Of a DNA stretch of 64,000 nt, positions 28,461 to 55,266 are shown piece after piece. The stretch lies in NCBI RefSeq assembly GCF_009914755.1, contig NC_060935.1, one strand, 5' to 3'. The notes below the pieces were generated by a model. The model ran no database searches. It saw only the letters and a list, made by a program, of their open reading frames with translations, and was not told where the DNA came from. Made by a program: the position numbers and the translations under genes. Numbering within the stretch: position 1 is the first letter of the stretch; each line of letters opens with the position of its first letter. Source of the stretch: the human T2T-CHM13v2.0 reference genome, Homo sapiens.

Positions 28461-29460
28461 CCTGCCACCTATAATAAAACAGGTTTCCAAAGAATTTTTA
28501 AAAATTAATTATTCTTAAAATTCAATACTTGCAAATCAAAATACTCAACTAACACAATCATGTCATCTTTCTTACAGACAACTATAGGAAAACTAAATCC
28601 AACATATCGTCTTTCACTAACACAACACTTTCAATTATACCATCTCATGAAAACTGGTTTATCTAGACAAACTTGTTTTACAAAAAGCTCAACGTCTTCT
28701 GGTGAGGTTACTAAACAGACTCAAATTTCAGCACGAACCAGAGTGGTTGGACTAAGAACTCATTTTCACCAGAGGAAAACCCATTGTAGAAACTGGTATT
28801 GTTGAATTTTGCTTAGGGACCTTGTTGCCGGTGGTGATTTTAGAAGTGTAAAACGGGGAAGAATATGGTGAATACAAGTTATTGGCATTATTAAAAAAAA
28901 TTCCATTCAATTTCCCACCATATTTCCCCAAAATTATTGGCAATTGATAAGATTTAAAGTTCCATTAAAAAAAGAGAGAGAGAGACAGGATCTCATTATG
29001 TTACCCAGGCTGAGTCCTGGGCGAAAGTAATCCTCCCACCTTAGCCTCTGAGTAGCTGGAACTACAGGCATGCATCACCATGCATGGCTTCTGAAGTTCT
29101 TTTTAACATATCAACTGCATCTTGAAACAAATACCGTTTACCAGGAAAATCACTTCAAAGATATAATACTTGCAGGTCAAAAATATTGTATGGGAACTGC
29201 TTTGAGATCACAATCAAAAAAGAACAGAAAGTTTATACCAAGACAACCCACACAATATAAATCAGTAAGGATGACTACTGAACAAATTACTGACTGTCCA
29301 ACCTCATTAAAAATAAGACAACAGGGCCGGGCACGGTGCCTCACGCCTGTAATCCCAGCACTTTGGGAGGTCGAGGCGGGTGGATCACCTAAAGTTAGGA
29401 GTTCAAGACCAGCCTGACCAACATGGAGAAACCCTGTCTCTACTAAAAATACAAAAATTA

Positions 29461-29604
<144 letters not shown>

Positions 29605-29820
29605 TCAAAAAAAAAAAAAAAAAAAAAAAAAGACAGCTTTGGGACAAAGAATAAGACTTCTTTTAAAGTTCTAAACCATTAGTAATTAACGCAAGCTCCA
29701 AGAAATACTAAAATTATATTACTTCATCAAAGGAAATAGTTTACAGCACAAACTACAGAATTGTTTATTTTCTGGTAGTCTAATACCTCCTTGCCTCCAA
29801 ACAAAAACTTAGGTGAAACT

Positions 29821-31500
<1,680 letters not shown>

Positions 31501-31519
31501 GAGACAAAAGCATCAGAAA

Positions 31520-35963
<4,444 letters not shown>

Positions 35964-36651
35964 CTATGGAAATGGTTTGCAACTAAATGACCACACCTGC
36001 AGTCAAACGAATTGAAAAAGTAGGCAAAACTCTATGTTTAACTAAACAACCTAGTTTTACTGTACATGCTAAAACACTTATATATTTTATGACCATCATC
36101 ACGCTCCAGCTGTTTAAAAACAGCTGGGCAGGTAGAAGGGTCAGTATCTTCAAAGGCACTGAAAAATAGTTGTTAACAGTAGGAATCAGGGAAAAGGGGT
36201 GACACTGGTCTATATGACAATGGAACTAAATGAAATTCTCCTTGCAAAGGAGAATTACATCAGCATGTGCTCTTATTGCTCTGCCTTTCTATTAGGGCTT
36301 ACTTTGATGAACAGTTTAAGGTCTCAAATCCCTGTTACAAAAGTAACATGGGGAAACTGAAAGTTAATGTCCTCATGACAATTCTCACATTAAATACTAA
36401 AAATCCCAAAAAGACCAGGACTATCAGAGGACATTTTGTAGAAAAGGGAGCATACAGCTTCTAACACAAACATGCCAATATTTTAAAGCCTGGTAAAGCA
36501 TAACTGCTGGGAATGTCTTATAAACGCAACTGGAAAAACGAAAAGGTAGACTTCTTAATTCCAGTAACATAATCAAACAGATCTCTCAAGTTCCAGAAAC
36601 TAGAAAGTCAAGCTGTGTCACTTCCTAGATCTCATGGTAGCAGTTTCTTAC

Positions 36652-36744
36652 CTGTTCCAAATCCTGCACCAAGCCCAGTTCCAAGAGTCCCAGGTGCTGG
36701 TTTACTTCCAAAAATACTATTCCCACTGGTATTTGTGCCAAAAC
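36652..36744 (-). CDS. NUP98: NUP98 exon 11 (93 nt), GFGTNTSGNSIFGSKPAPGTLGTGLGAGFGT
   Basis: Acceptor CTAG|GT, donor CAG|GTAAGA; phase 1-1. Confidence 0.96.
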
Positions 36745-36957
36745 CTAGGAAGACAAAAGAATGAGTGGATTGTACTTTTAATATAACTCTCAATTTCCTC
36801 TATAAGGGAGTTTAACACAAAGCAGTCTGACTTTAAGTTGTGAACCTTTCAGTTAATATTTAGGACTCCTAACTTGTAGGATAACTTAAAAAAAAAATTT
36901 CACATATGCAAACAAGTCTTCATATTTACTTAATTACATTTCAGCCTTGAAATATCA

Positions 36958-37350
<393 letters not shown>

Positions 37351-37599
37351 TCAAGCAAAGTGAACACACTTGAGCTTTGGGAACATTGCCTTTGTAAGGC
37401 CCAAAGCTTTCAATGCAAGTTTCAAGTTTATTTAGAAGAGAAATTAATTCCCCCTAACTTGTACTAAAAAAAATGAAACAACTGGCCAGGTGTGGTGGCT
37501 TACGCCTGTAATCCCAACACTTTGGGAGGCCAAGGTGGGCGGATCATGAGGTCAAGAGTTCGAGAACAGCCTGGGGAACATGGTGAAACTCTGTCTCTA

Positions 37600-37830
<231 letters not shown>

Positions 37831-37968
37831 CTAAGAAAAAAATTACTTACAAAACTTTCCACAGTAGCTTTTATTTTGAATAGATGAACCTAGCCAGGAT
37901 AGTAACGTGTAGCTGATTACACGTGAGAAGTCTTCTTCACTATGACCCACCATTTAAACAAAATCCTA

Positions 37969-38271
<303 letters not shown>

Positions 38272-39831
38272 CTATCTCAAAAAAAAAAAAAAAAAAAAAA
38301 ATCCATAGGTATCAAACAAAGATCCTATTCTGTACTGCTGCCATTACTTTTCTTTTCTTCATCTATGCCCACAGTTTCATTATTCTTTTTGTAAATAAAT
38401 ATCAACAAAACAATTAATGAATATGTCATTAATTTCTCATGAGAGAAAAGAAATCATTAGCCAGAAAACCCTGTTTGCAGAACATATGAAGTCATTTAAA
38501 AGTCATAAAGCACTGGGCATGATGGCTCACGCCTGTAATCCCAACACATTGGGAGGCAGAGGCAGGTGGATCACTTGAGGAAAGGAGTTTAAGACTAGCC
38601 TGGCCAACATGTGAAACCTCTTCTCTACTACCACGAAAAAAAAAAAAAAAATTAGCTGGCTGTGGTGGTGCACGCTTGGAATCCCAGCAATTTGGGAGGC
38701 TGACGCAGGAAGATCGCTTGAACCAAGGAGGCAGAGGGTTACAGTGAGCTGAGATCACACCACTGCACTCCAGCCTGGGCAACAGAGCAAGACTCCGTCT
38801 CCAAAAGAAAAAAAAAATCATGGAGGAAAAAGTAGCCCAAAAAGATAACAAACAGAATAAAGAGACTATTTTAGAACAGATGAAAGTATCACTAATATTA
38901 TACTTTGTTGTGCCAGTATTTGGATTATTATCTCAATGAAAAAAATCAAGAAGAAAGCTGAAGAATATAAAAGTTTAAAAACAATCGTATTTCATGTCAT
39001 TTTAAAATTCAAGCAAGCAGGCCGGGCGCAGTGGCTCACGCCTGTAATCCCGCCACTTTGGGAGGCCAAGGCAGGTGGATCACAAGGTCAGGTGTTCAAG
39101 ACCAGCCTGGCCAAGATGGTGAAACCCCATATCTACCAAAAAATACAAAAATTAGCCGGGTGTGGTGGCAGGCGCCTATAATCCCAACTACTTGGGAGGC
39201 TGAGGCAGAGAGCTGCTTGAACCTGGGAGGCGAAGGTTGCAGTGAGCCAAAATCACGCCACTGCACTCCAGCCTGGGTGACAGAGAAAGACTCCATCTCG
39301 AAAAAAATAAATACATGAAATAAAATCCAATCAAGTAACCTGACTTAATCGCAATATATTTGACTTAGACATTCATTGAATCTCTTCTTTAATTCTTCTA
39401 ATAGCTATGCCACAAAAATGGGGTGCTGCCTACTCAAGCATCATCAATTTTCCTTGATGAAAACACAAAAAATGTACTTGGAGATATTCTTTTCCTTTTT
39501 GAATAAAAATTTAATCAAAAGGGATCTTACAGTCCCATAAGCAGCAGAAAACAAGACACTCGTGAACTATCTCAAACCCACAGAAGGGAAATAAATCCCA
39601 ACTTACACTGTTTATACCACACATTTCCTCCGATTCTCACTGACAAGTTTATCGACTTGTAAAATTCAATTTTACAAATTACAATTAAAAAGACAATTCA
39701 AATTCGGCACACAAGTTGGTGAGACAACTCAGATAAAGATGACACCTTTCATTTTCATATCACTGAAGATGACTGTAAATATATTCGCACACCAAAAAAA
39801 AACCTCTAAGCAAATCAGAAATCTGCAACCA

Positions 39832-41790
<1,959 letters not shown>

Positions 41791-42016
41791 TGACCCTTAA
41801 CTATCTTTCCATTTTAATTTTATAGGAAAGAAATAAGTAGGGATGGGTGCAGTGGCTCACGCCTGTAATCCCAGCACTTTGGGAGGCCGAGGAGGGCAGA
41901 TCGCCTGAGGTCAGGAGTTCAAAACCAGCCTCGCCAACACGGTGAAACCCCATCTCTACTTTAAATACAAAAATTAGCTGGGCATGGTGGCAGGCGCCTG
42001 TAATCCCACCTACTCA

Positions 42017-42223
<207 letters not shown>

Positions 42224-42624
42224 TTATAGGAACTATAATCATTTCTGGCAGTGAATGAGCAAAATGACTAAAAGGGATTATAAAAATCAAACCAAACACA
42301 TCAATTTAGGAATTGGTACCTATCAATGAACTATCTACCTTCTTCCTGTAGTTGATAAACATATTAATCTTCCAATAGATGTTTAATATGATCTCTTTCT
42401 CCAGTACAGGATCGTTCAAAAGCTCATTAAAAAACTGTTAACTGCTGACCTACACCAAATAACCATGTCTTTGTACTCAACTCCTAAAAAGAATCTATCA
42501 GTGCCTAGTGATGTATCTGGCACACAAAATCCTCAAGAAATACTTGAACCACTATTTCCCTCGACAAACAGAATAAACTTCCCATATCTGATCTGACAGA
42601 TGCTGAATTTTGAAAACATAATTA

Positions 42625-42934
<310 letters not shown>

Positions 42935-43825
42935 TCAAAAATAAATAAATAAATAAATAAAATAATATCATCATGTTCCATAAAACTGGTTTACATTTTT
43001 CCCAGTAGGTTAAGGTTTTGAAAATTATTGTTCAATCTTTTCTGTATTTTCCAGATTTTCAACAATGAATATACATACTATGAACATGCATTCAAAATTT
43101 TTGAAACCGTAAAAAATAAACTACTGAATAATCCCCCAAATCAGAAAGGTTTCAACTTTCTTCTATTATTTTTCTTATTTTATTATTTTTTTTAGAGACC
43201 TACTTTCACTATGTTGCCTAGGCTGGAATGCAGTGGCAATTCACAAGTGTGATCATAGCACACTGCAGCCTTGAACTCCTAAGTGATACTCCTGACTCAG
43301 CCTCCATAATGGCTGGGACTACAGGTGCTCACCATGATGCCTGGCATATTTTGACTTTCACTAAGAATAACCAGGCCAGGTGCAATGGCTCACACCTGTA
43401 ATCTCAGCACTTTGGGAGGCTAAGGCGATATAAAGACCCTGTTCTCCACCAAAAAAAAAAAAAAAAACAAAAACAAAACAACACAACAAACCAACAACGA
43501 CAAAAATAAGAATAACCAATTATCTTCTGTATGCTACCACAGGTTTGAAACCTGGCCTCATACAATGTGTTACTTAACCAAATGTGTTTCCTTTATGGTT
43601 TCTCAGCTATTGCTGAAGTAATCCAAAGTAAATGAAAGGCAATTTACATGCCTACTAATTATCTCAAGCCATATCCAGGACTTTAAACCTTTCCCTCTGG
43701 TACTTCACATCAAGCTACCGCTTACCTGAGAACTTTTAAATATTTCCAATCATACGAATCAGGAGAATAACGTGTGGTATAGTCAGTGTAACTTTAAGAG
43801 AGCCAAACCTGCTTTTTATATGTAC

Positions 43826-43964
43826 CAAAATTAGAAGTGTTTGTATTGGTTCCTAAAGTCAGGGTTGGTTTGTTACCAAAGAGCCCGCCACTGGTTGTAC
43901 CAAATGAAGGTGCACTGGTTGTGCTGCTTCCAAATGTAGTAAGCTTGTTATTGCCAAACAGGGT
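43826..43964 (-). CDS. NUP98: NUP98 exon 10 (139-nt long form; 88-nt short form ending at 43877), TLFGNNKLTTFG...GGLF[GNKPTLTLGTNTNTSNF]
   Basis: Acceptor TTAG|AC; two in-frame donors, TTG|GTAACA (43877) and TTG|GTACAT (43826), 51 nt apart. Confidence 0.95.
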
Positions 43965-44329
43965 CTAAAAAGAATAGAATACAGGAAAATTTAAAATAAT
44001 ATTAAGACACACACCAAACTAAATACAGGTTACCTCAGGTATACTGGGTTGGGTATGGGGTGGGAGAAAGATGTCCTAACATTCATAAAAAAGGTAGAAA
44101 AAAGATGAATAAAGGCTATCAAAAAATAATCTGGGCAAGATTAACTTTATAAACACGGAATGCTTCTGGCCTGAAAAGTTAATGGTAACCCCTAAGGATT
44201 ACGACTGAAACACAATGAATCCAATGAAACCAGATTTCAGTGAGGCAAAGAAAAAAATAACAAGGCCATCAAATATCTTTTTACCTGTTAAGAGAAATGT
44301 AGCAAATACTTGCTTTGCCAGAAGAAATC

Positions 44330-44670
44330 ACTACAAGAAAAACTTTGAACATGCTACATGGATGTTCCTTGAAAATGCTATGCTAAGTGAAAGACATCAA
44401 TCACAAAAGACCACATATTATGATTCCATTTACATGAAGTGTTCAAAATGGTCAAATCCATAGAGAGAAAGTAGGCTTAAGATGATTACAGGAAAATCAG
44501 GAGTGACTGCCAATGACTATGGCATTTCTTTTTGGCATAATGAGTATGTTCTAAAATTAAATATGGTGATAGTTGCACACTTTGTTGATATACTAAAAAT
44601 CACCTAGCTATACACTTTAAAGAGACAAATTGTATGGCATGTGGACTATACATCAATAAATCTGTCACTA
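44330..44670 (+). mobile_element. L1MB 3' end
   Basis: 'tatgctaagtgaaag', 'tatgattccatttacatgaa', terminal 'tcaataaa'. Confidence 0.85.
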
Positions 44671-44682
44671 GAAAGTACTAGA

Positions 44683-45811
<1,129 letters not shown>

Positions 45812-46239
45812 TGAGTACCTCAACAATTTCAACAATTTGATCAACCCCAAAAACATTTCATTCCCAAACATCATACCAATTTATCACCTACAAAAGAGGG
45901 AAGAACTAGGAGTTAAAAATTATCTGATTCAAATAAAGCAAAAGAATTTCAATTTAGACTCAACAATTTAACCAATGCTATCAGAAGTATGATGCACATA
46001 AGCACTGAGGCAAAGAAATTTTAAAAGGGAAAGAATTTACTAATTGAAAACAAACCTGAAGTTAACCTGAAATTTCATTTTATATCAAATAATTTTTTGT
46101 TCTCAGAATCAAATCATATTAGGCTGGTGCAATAATACACCCAATAAAAATACCTGCAAAACAGTCAAATCCTTAGAAGAAAATTCCTTTTAACAAATTT
46201 ACACACATCTTCAAATTACAGTCAACTGCAGAAACCTAC

Positions 46240-46377
46240 CGAACCAACAGCACCAAATCCAGTATTGGTCTGCCCAAAGAGACCTGTTCCTGTTCCAAAT
46301 GCTGTCCCAGTGCTGGTGTTTGTAGCTGTCCCAAAAAGACCTCCAGGCTGTGAGGCTTGGGTTACTCCAAATAATCC
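46240..46377 (-). CDS. NUP98: NUP98 exon 9 (138 nt), GLFGVTQASQPGGLFG...GFGAVGS
   Basis: Acceptor GCAG|GG, donor TCG|GTAGGT; phase 0-0. Confidence 0.96.
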
Positions 46378-47329
46378 CTGCAAAGAAGTTTATATAGATT
46401 AAAAGATATCCTGTAATAGTTTCCGTAACGAATCTCAGAGTAATAAAAAAATAGTTACCATTTTTTCAAGCTTATATGACAGATATTAGGCTAAATAACT
46501 TATATAGATTATTTCCTTCAAAACAACCCTGAAAAGCAGGGAGTATATTTTTCAAAAAGCTCAGAGCATTTTAAAACTTGCCCAAGGTGCCACAGCTCCT
46601 GAATGGTAGGAACAGAAGTTCAAACCTATATTTAAGCCCCTGTTCTTCCCAGGATGATGAACTCCAAGGTCTTAGGCGTCTATTAAATAATAAGACTTTA
46701 ACTCTTGTGCTCTAAGAGATGTCAGGGTTGCAACACTGAGAAGCAAAATAGTATGTCTAGGTCCTTCATTTTCAACGATTTAGGTGAAAAGAACTAATCA
46801 GTATCAAGCTGGGGAGTGAACTTAGAATCAAGTAACCAAAAATAATCAGCGAAAATAAATCAACACGGACCGAGGTACGAGTGTTATGTTAAAGAGCCTT
46901 AATTCCTTTTTTTGATACGGAGTTTCGTTCTGTTGCCCAGGCTGAAGTACAGTGGCACAATCTCGGCTCACTGCAGCCTCTGTTCAAGTGATTCTCTCGC
47001 CTCAGCCTCCCAAGTAGCTGGGACTACAAGGGCACGCCACCAGGCCTGGCTAATTTTTGCATTTTTAGTAGAGATGGGGTTTCACAATGTGCCCAGGCTG
47101 GTCACGAACTCCTGACCTCAGGGGATCCACCTGCCTCAGCCTCCCAAAATGCTGGCGTGAGCCACTGCACCCAGCCAAAAGCCTTAATTCTAAATGAGAA
47201 ACTATACTCATTTCCAATGAGCAGTCTGCATCATCCTATGTTTAACAATGTATTTTACTTATGCATTAATAAAGGAAAAATATTGTGCTAATAGACTTGC
47301 TGAATAGGGAATTCACTTTTTAAAGTTTT

Positions 47330-50650
<3,321 letters not shown>

Positions 50651-51502
50651 CGGTACAAGCATACTTTTTTTTTTATTTTTTTTGGGATGAAGTCTCTCTT
50701 CGTCGCCCAGGTTGGAGTGCCATGGAGCAATCTCAGCTCACTGCAACCTCTGCCTCCCCCTGGGTTCAAGGCTATTCTTGTGCCTCAGCCTCCCAAGTAG
50801 TCAGGATTACAGGCACCAACCACTGTGCCTGGCTAAGTTTTGTATTTTTAGCAGAGACGGGGTTTCACCATGTTGGCCAGGCTAGTCTCAAACTCCTGAT
50901 CTCACACCTTGGCCTCCCAAAGTGCTGGGATTACAGGCATAAGCTACTGTGCCCAGCCCATACTTGTTTTTTAATCAGTAAAAGTATCTCTAATTTTAAG
51001 ACGAGGTAAATTCCAAGTCCTGATCAATTACTCATACATCACTTCCTTCTTTAATTTCATACTTCCCTAAAAAATGTCCCTAGAAATAAACTAGTAATGA
51101 CCATGAGGACCTTTTCTTTGGACACAGTATGGCTCTAAGTCGTAGGTCTCCCTTTAAAAAAAAAAAACAAAAAAACTTCTTTGTATGATTCCCAAGGGAA
51201 CTAGGTGAACGTTCCCTTAGTTCCTGTTGTTGGCTATATTCTGAAATATAGTCAGTAATGAATAAGTATTTTCTCCTATACCCTATAGAATGGCTGTAGT
51301 CAATTTTCCAAGGTATAGCTTTAAGAGGGCCAAGTCCAGCCCACTAAGTAGTTCCTACTTAGTAATGAGAAAAATACTTTCAGAAAGGATAAGTGATCGC
51401 CTCAATAGCATCTCAACAAGTAAAGAGTAGAGCCCAGGCTAGAATCTAGGTCTTAATTATTCTAAGACTTTGTTCTCGGCCGGGCACGGTGGCTCATGCC
51501 TA

Positions 51503-51791
<289 letters not shown>

Positions 51792-51918
51792 TCATTAAAT
51801 ACCCTCAACTCTTAAGATTTGCAGTACAGGTAGAATTTGCTAGTTTGACATGATTAGAATCCTCATTACTTAACTCTAAAAATAAGACATGGAGGTAAGT
51901 AAGGGTCTGTTTCCTTAC

Positions 51919-52082
51919 CATGGTGTTGGTGCTTGGCTGTCCTATGGTGCTGGTATTACCAAAGGAAAAGCCAGTGTTCTGGGTGGTTGTAGCCTGGCCA
52001 AATGGTTTGCTGAAGAGGCTGGTAGTCTGCTGATTCTGTTGGCCAAAGAGACCACCTGGATTTGTTCCAAATCCAGTTGTAC
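51919..52082 (-). CDS. NUP98: NUP98 exon 8 (164 nt), STTGFGTNPGGLFGQQNQQ...QPSTNTM
   Basis: Acceptor AAAG|GT after a T-rich tract, donor ATG|GTAAGG. Confidence 0.96.
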
Positions 52083-52480
52083 CTTTTAGGAAAAAGAAAA
52101 AAAAAAGAAAAAAGAAATAATAAAAAAAATGTAAACACCCAAAAATACAAAACCTTCCATTATCCAGTTGTTGTAATAGTCTTTATGTTATCTACTACCC
52201 TTCATTCACTACTTGATCATCTTTTCGTTTTCCATCCTTCACTTAACTCTAGATTTAAACTTTAACTTCTGTAATAACATCCTTACCCCAAGAAGCTTAA
52301 CTAGGCTAAATGATCTTCCCTTGTAAGTCCACAGCTTCCTTCTGTTTTACAAGATAATACACTAGAAGTCAGCATGTGTATTTTAACCTTGCTAGTCTAG
52401 GTTAATGAGAACAAAGGCTTCTTCTTTACATGAATATATCCAGCCCAGAGTCTGATATGTAATATTCAATAATGAATATG

Positions 52481-53850
52481 GGCCAGGCACAGTGGCTCAC
52501 ACCTGTAATAACAACATTTTGGGAGGCCAAGGCAGGAGGATCACTTGAGGACAGGAGTTCCTGAACAGCCTAGGCAACACAATGGGACCCCATCTCTACA
52601 AAAAAATTTTAAAAATTAGTCAGGCTAATGGCACTTGCCTGTGGTCTTAGCTACTTGGGAGACCGAGGTGGGTATATGGCTTGAGCCTGGGAGTTTGAGG
52701 CAGCGGGGAGCTGTGATGGAGCCACTGCACGACAGCCTGGGTGACAGAGCTAGACAGTGTCCTCCAACCCCCACCAAAAAAACAGAAAAAATTATGAAAC
52801 ATTAGCCAGGCAGAATGGTGGGAATATTACTTGGGCCCAAGAGTTCAAGGCTGCAGTGAGCTATGATTGCTCCACTGCACTCCAGCCTGGTCAACAAAGT
52901 GGGATTCTGTCTCAAAAAAAAAAAAAAAAAAAAAAGCATACTAAACTAAATCATGGAATATCAAGATTGAAAAGTACGTTAGGCTGGACATGGTGGTTCA
53001 CACTGGGAGGCTGAGACGGGTGATCACCTGAGATCAGGAGTTCGAGACCAGCATGGCCAATATGGTGAAACCCCGTCCCTGCTAAAAATTAGGGCTGGAC
53101 GGCCAGCCATGGTGGCTCATGCCTGTAATCCCAGCACTTTGAGAGGCCGAGGCGGGTGGATCATAAGGTCTGGAGTTCAGATCAGCCTGGCCAAGACGGT
53201 AAAACCCCATCTGTACTAAAAATACAAAAAAATCAGCCAGGCATGGTGGTGGGCATCTGTAATCCCAGCTACTTCAGATGCTGAGGCAGAGAATCGCTTG
53301 AACCCAGGAGGTGGAGGATGCAGTGAGCCGAGATCACACCACTGCACTCCAGCCTGGGTGACAGAGCGAAACTCCATCTCAAAAAAAAAAAAAACAATTA
53401 GGGCTGGCACCATGGCTCACGCCTATAATCCCAGCGCTTTGGGAGGCCGAGGCTGGTTAATCGCCTGAGGTCAGGGGTTCGAGACCAGCCTGGCCAACAT
53501 GGTGAAACCCCAACTCTATTAAAAATATAAAAAATTGGCCAGGCATGGTGGCGGGTGCCTGTAATCCCAACTCCTTGGGAGGCTGAGGCAGAAGAATCGC
53601 TTGAACCTGGGAATTGGAGGTTGCACTGCACTCCAGCTTGGGCAACAGTGAGACTCCGTCTCAAAAAAATAAAATAAAATTAGTCGGGTGTGGTGGCACA
53701 TGCCTGTAGGGTGGCTGAGGTAGGAGAATCACCTGAGCCCAGGAAATCAGGGCTGTAGTGAGCCCTGATCACATCACTGCACTCCAGCATGAGTGACGGG
53801 AGTAAGACCCTAAAACCCTGTCTCAAGAAAAGAAAAGAAAAGAAAAGAAA
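52481..53850 (+). mobile_element. Nested multi-Alu stack
   Basis: Repeated 'aattagggctgg' target at 53088 and 53397; several arms and full copies. Confidence 0.85.
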
Positions 53851-53885
53851 AAGTAGGTTAAATATAACTTAGATAAATACGTATT

Positions 53886-53886
<1 letters not shown>

Positions 53887-53911
<25 letters not shown>
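53887..53911. repeat. (TG)n microsatellite
   Basis: Direct reading. Confidence 0.9.
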
Positions 53912-53916
<5 letters not shown>

Positions 53917-54089
53917 ACATCTCTTTAGAAGGCTATGAAAAGCTATAATTTTTGCTTTTCTCTACAGAGGCAAACTGGTGGCTGGGGAAAGTGTATAAGG
54001 CAAGTATATAACCTCTGGTTATTTAGTTTTCTGTATTTTGTGAACTTTGTATCACATATGTGCATTACTTTTGCAAAAGTAGTATTTTT

Positions 54090-55060
<971 letters not shown>

Positions 55061-55085
55061 ATCTAACATGATATCAAGTGCTTAC

Positions 55086-55266
55086 TAGTTCCAAAGGCAG
55101 TTTTGTTCTGACCATATGCAAAGCCTGAATTAGTGGTGGAGGAGCTGAAGAGTCCTGTTGCGCTGGAAGTGGCTGGAGAAGACCCAAACAAGCCAGTTGT
55201 GGTACCTGCTCCCACCTGGTTCTGTGGGCCCTTCCTGTTAGCCTGATAATCCTCTAAACGAAGTTC
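55086..55266 (-). CDS. NUP98: NUP98 exon 7 (181 nt), ELRLEDYQANRKGPQ...QNKTAFGT
   Basis: Acceptor TCAG|GA, donor CTA|GTAAGC; ORF 55063..55302. Confidence 0.97.

Noticed and set aside
37905-37924. Small inverted repeats (acgtgta/tacacgt with an E-box; also about 51194-51218 and 63321-63340)
   Set aside because: Stems of 6-8 bp are expected by chance in 64 kb.
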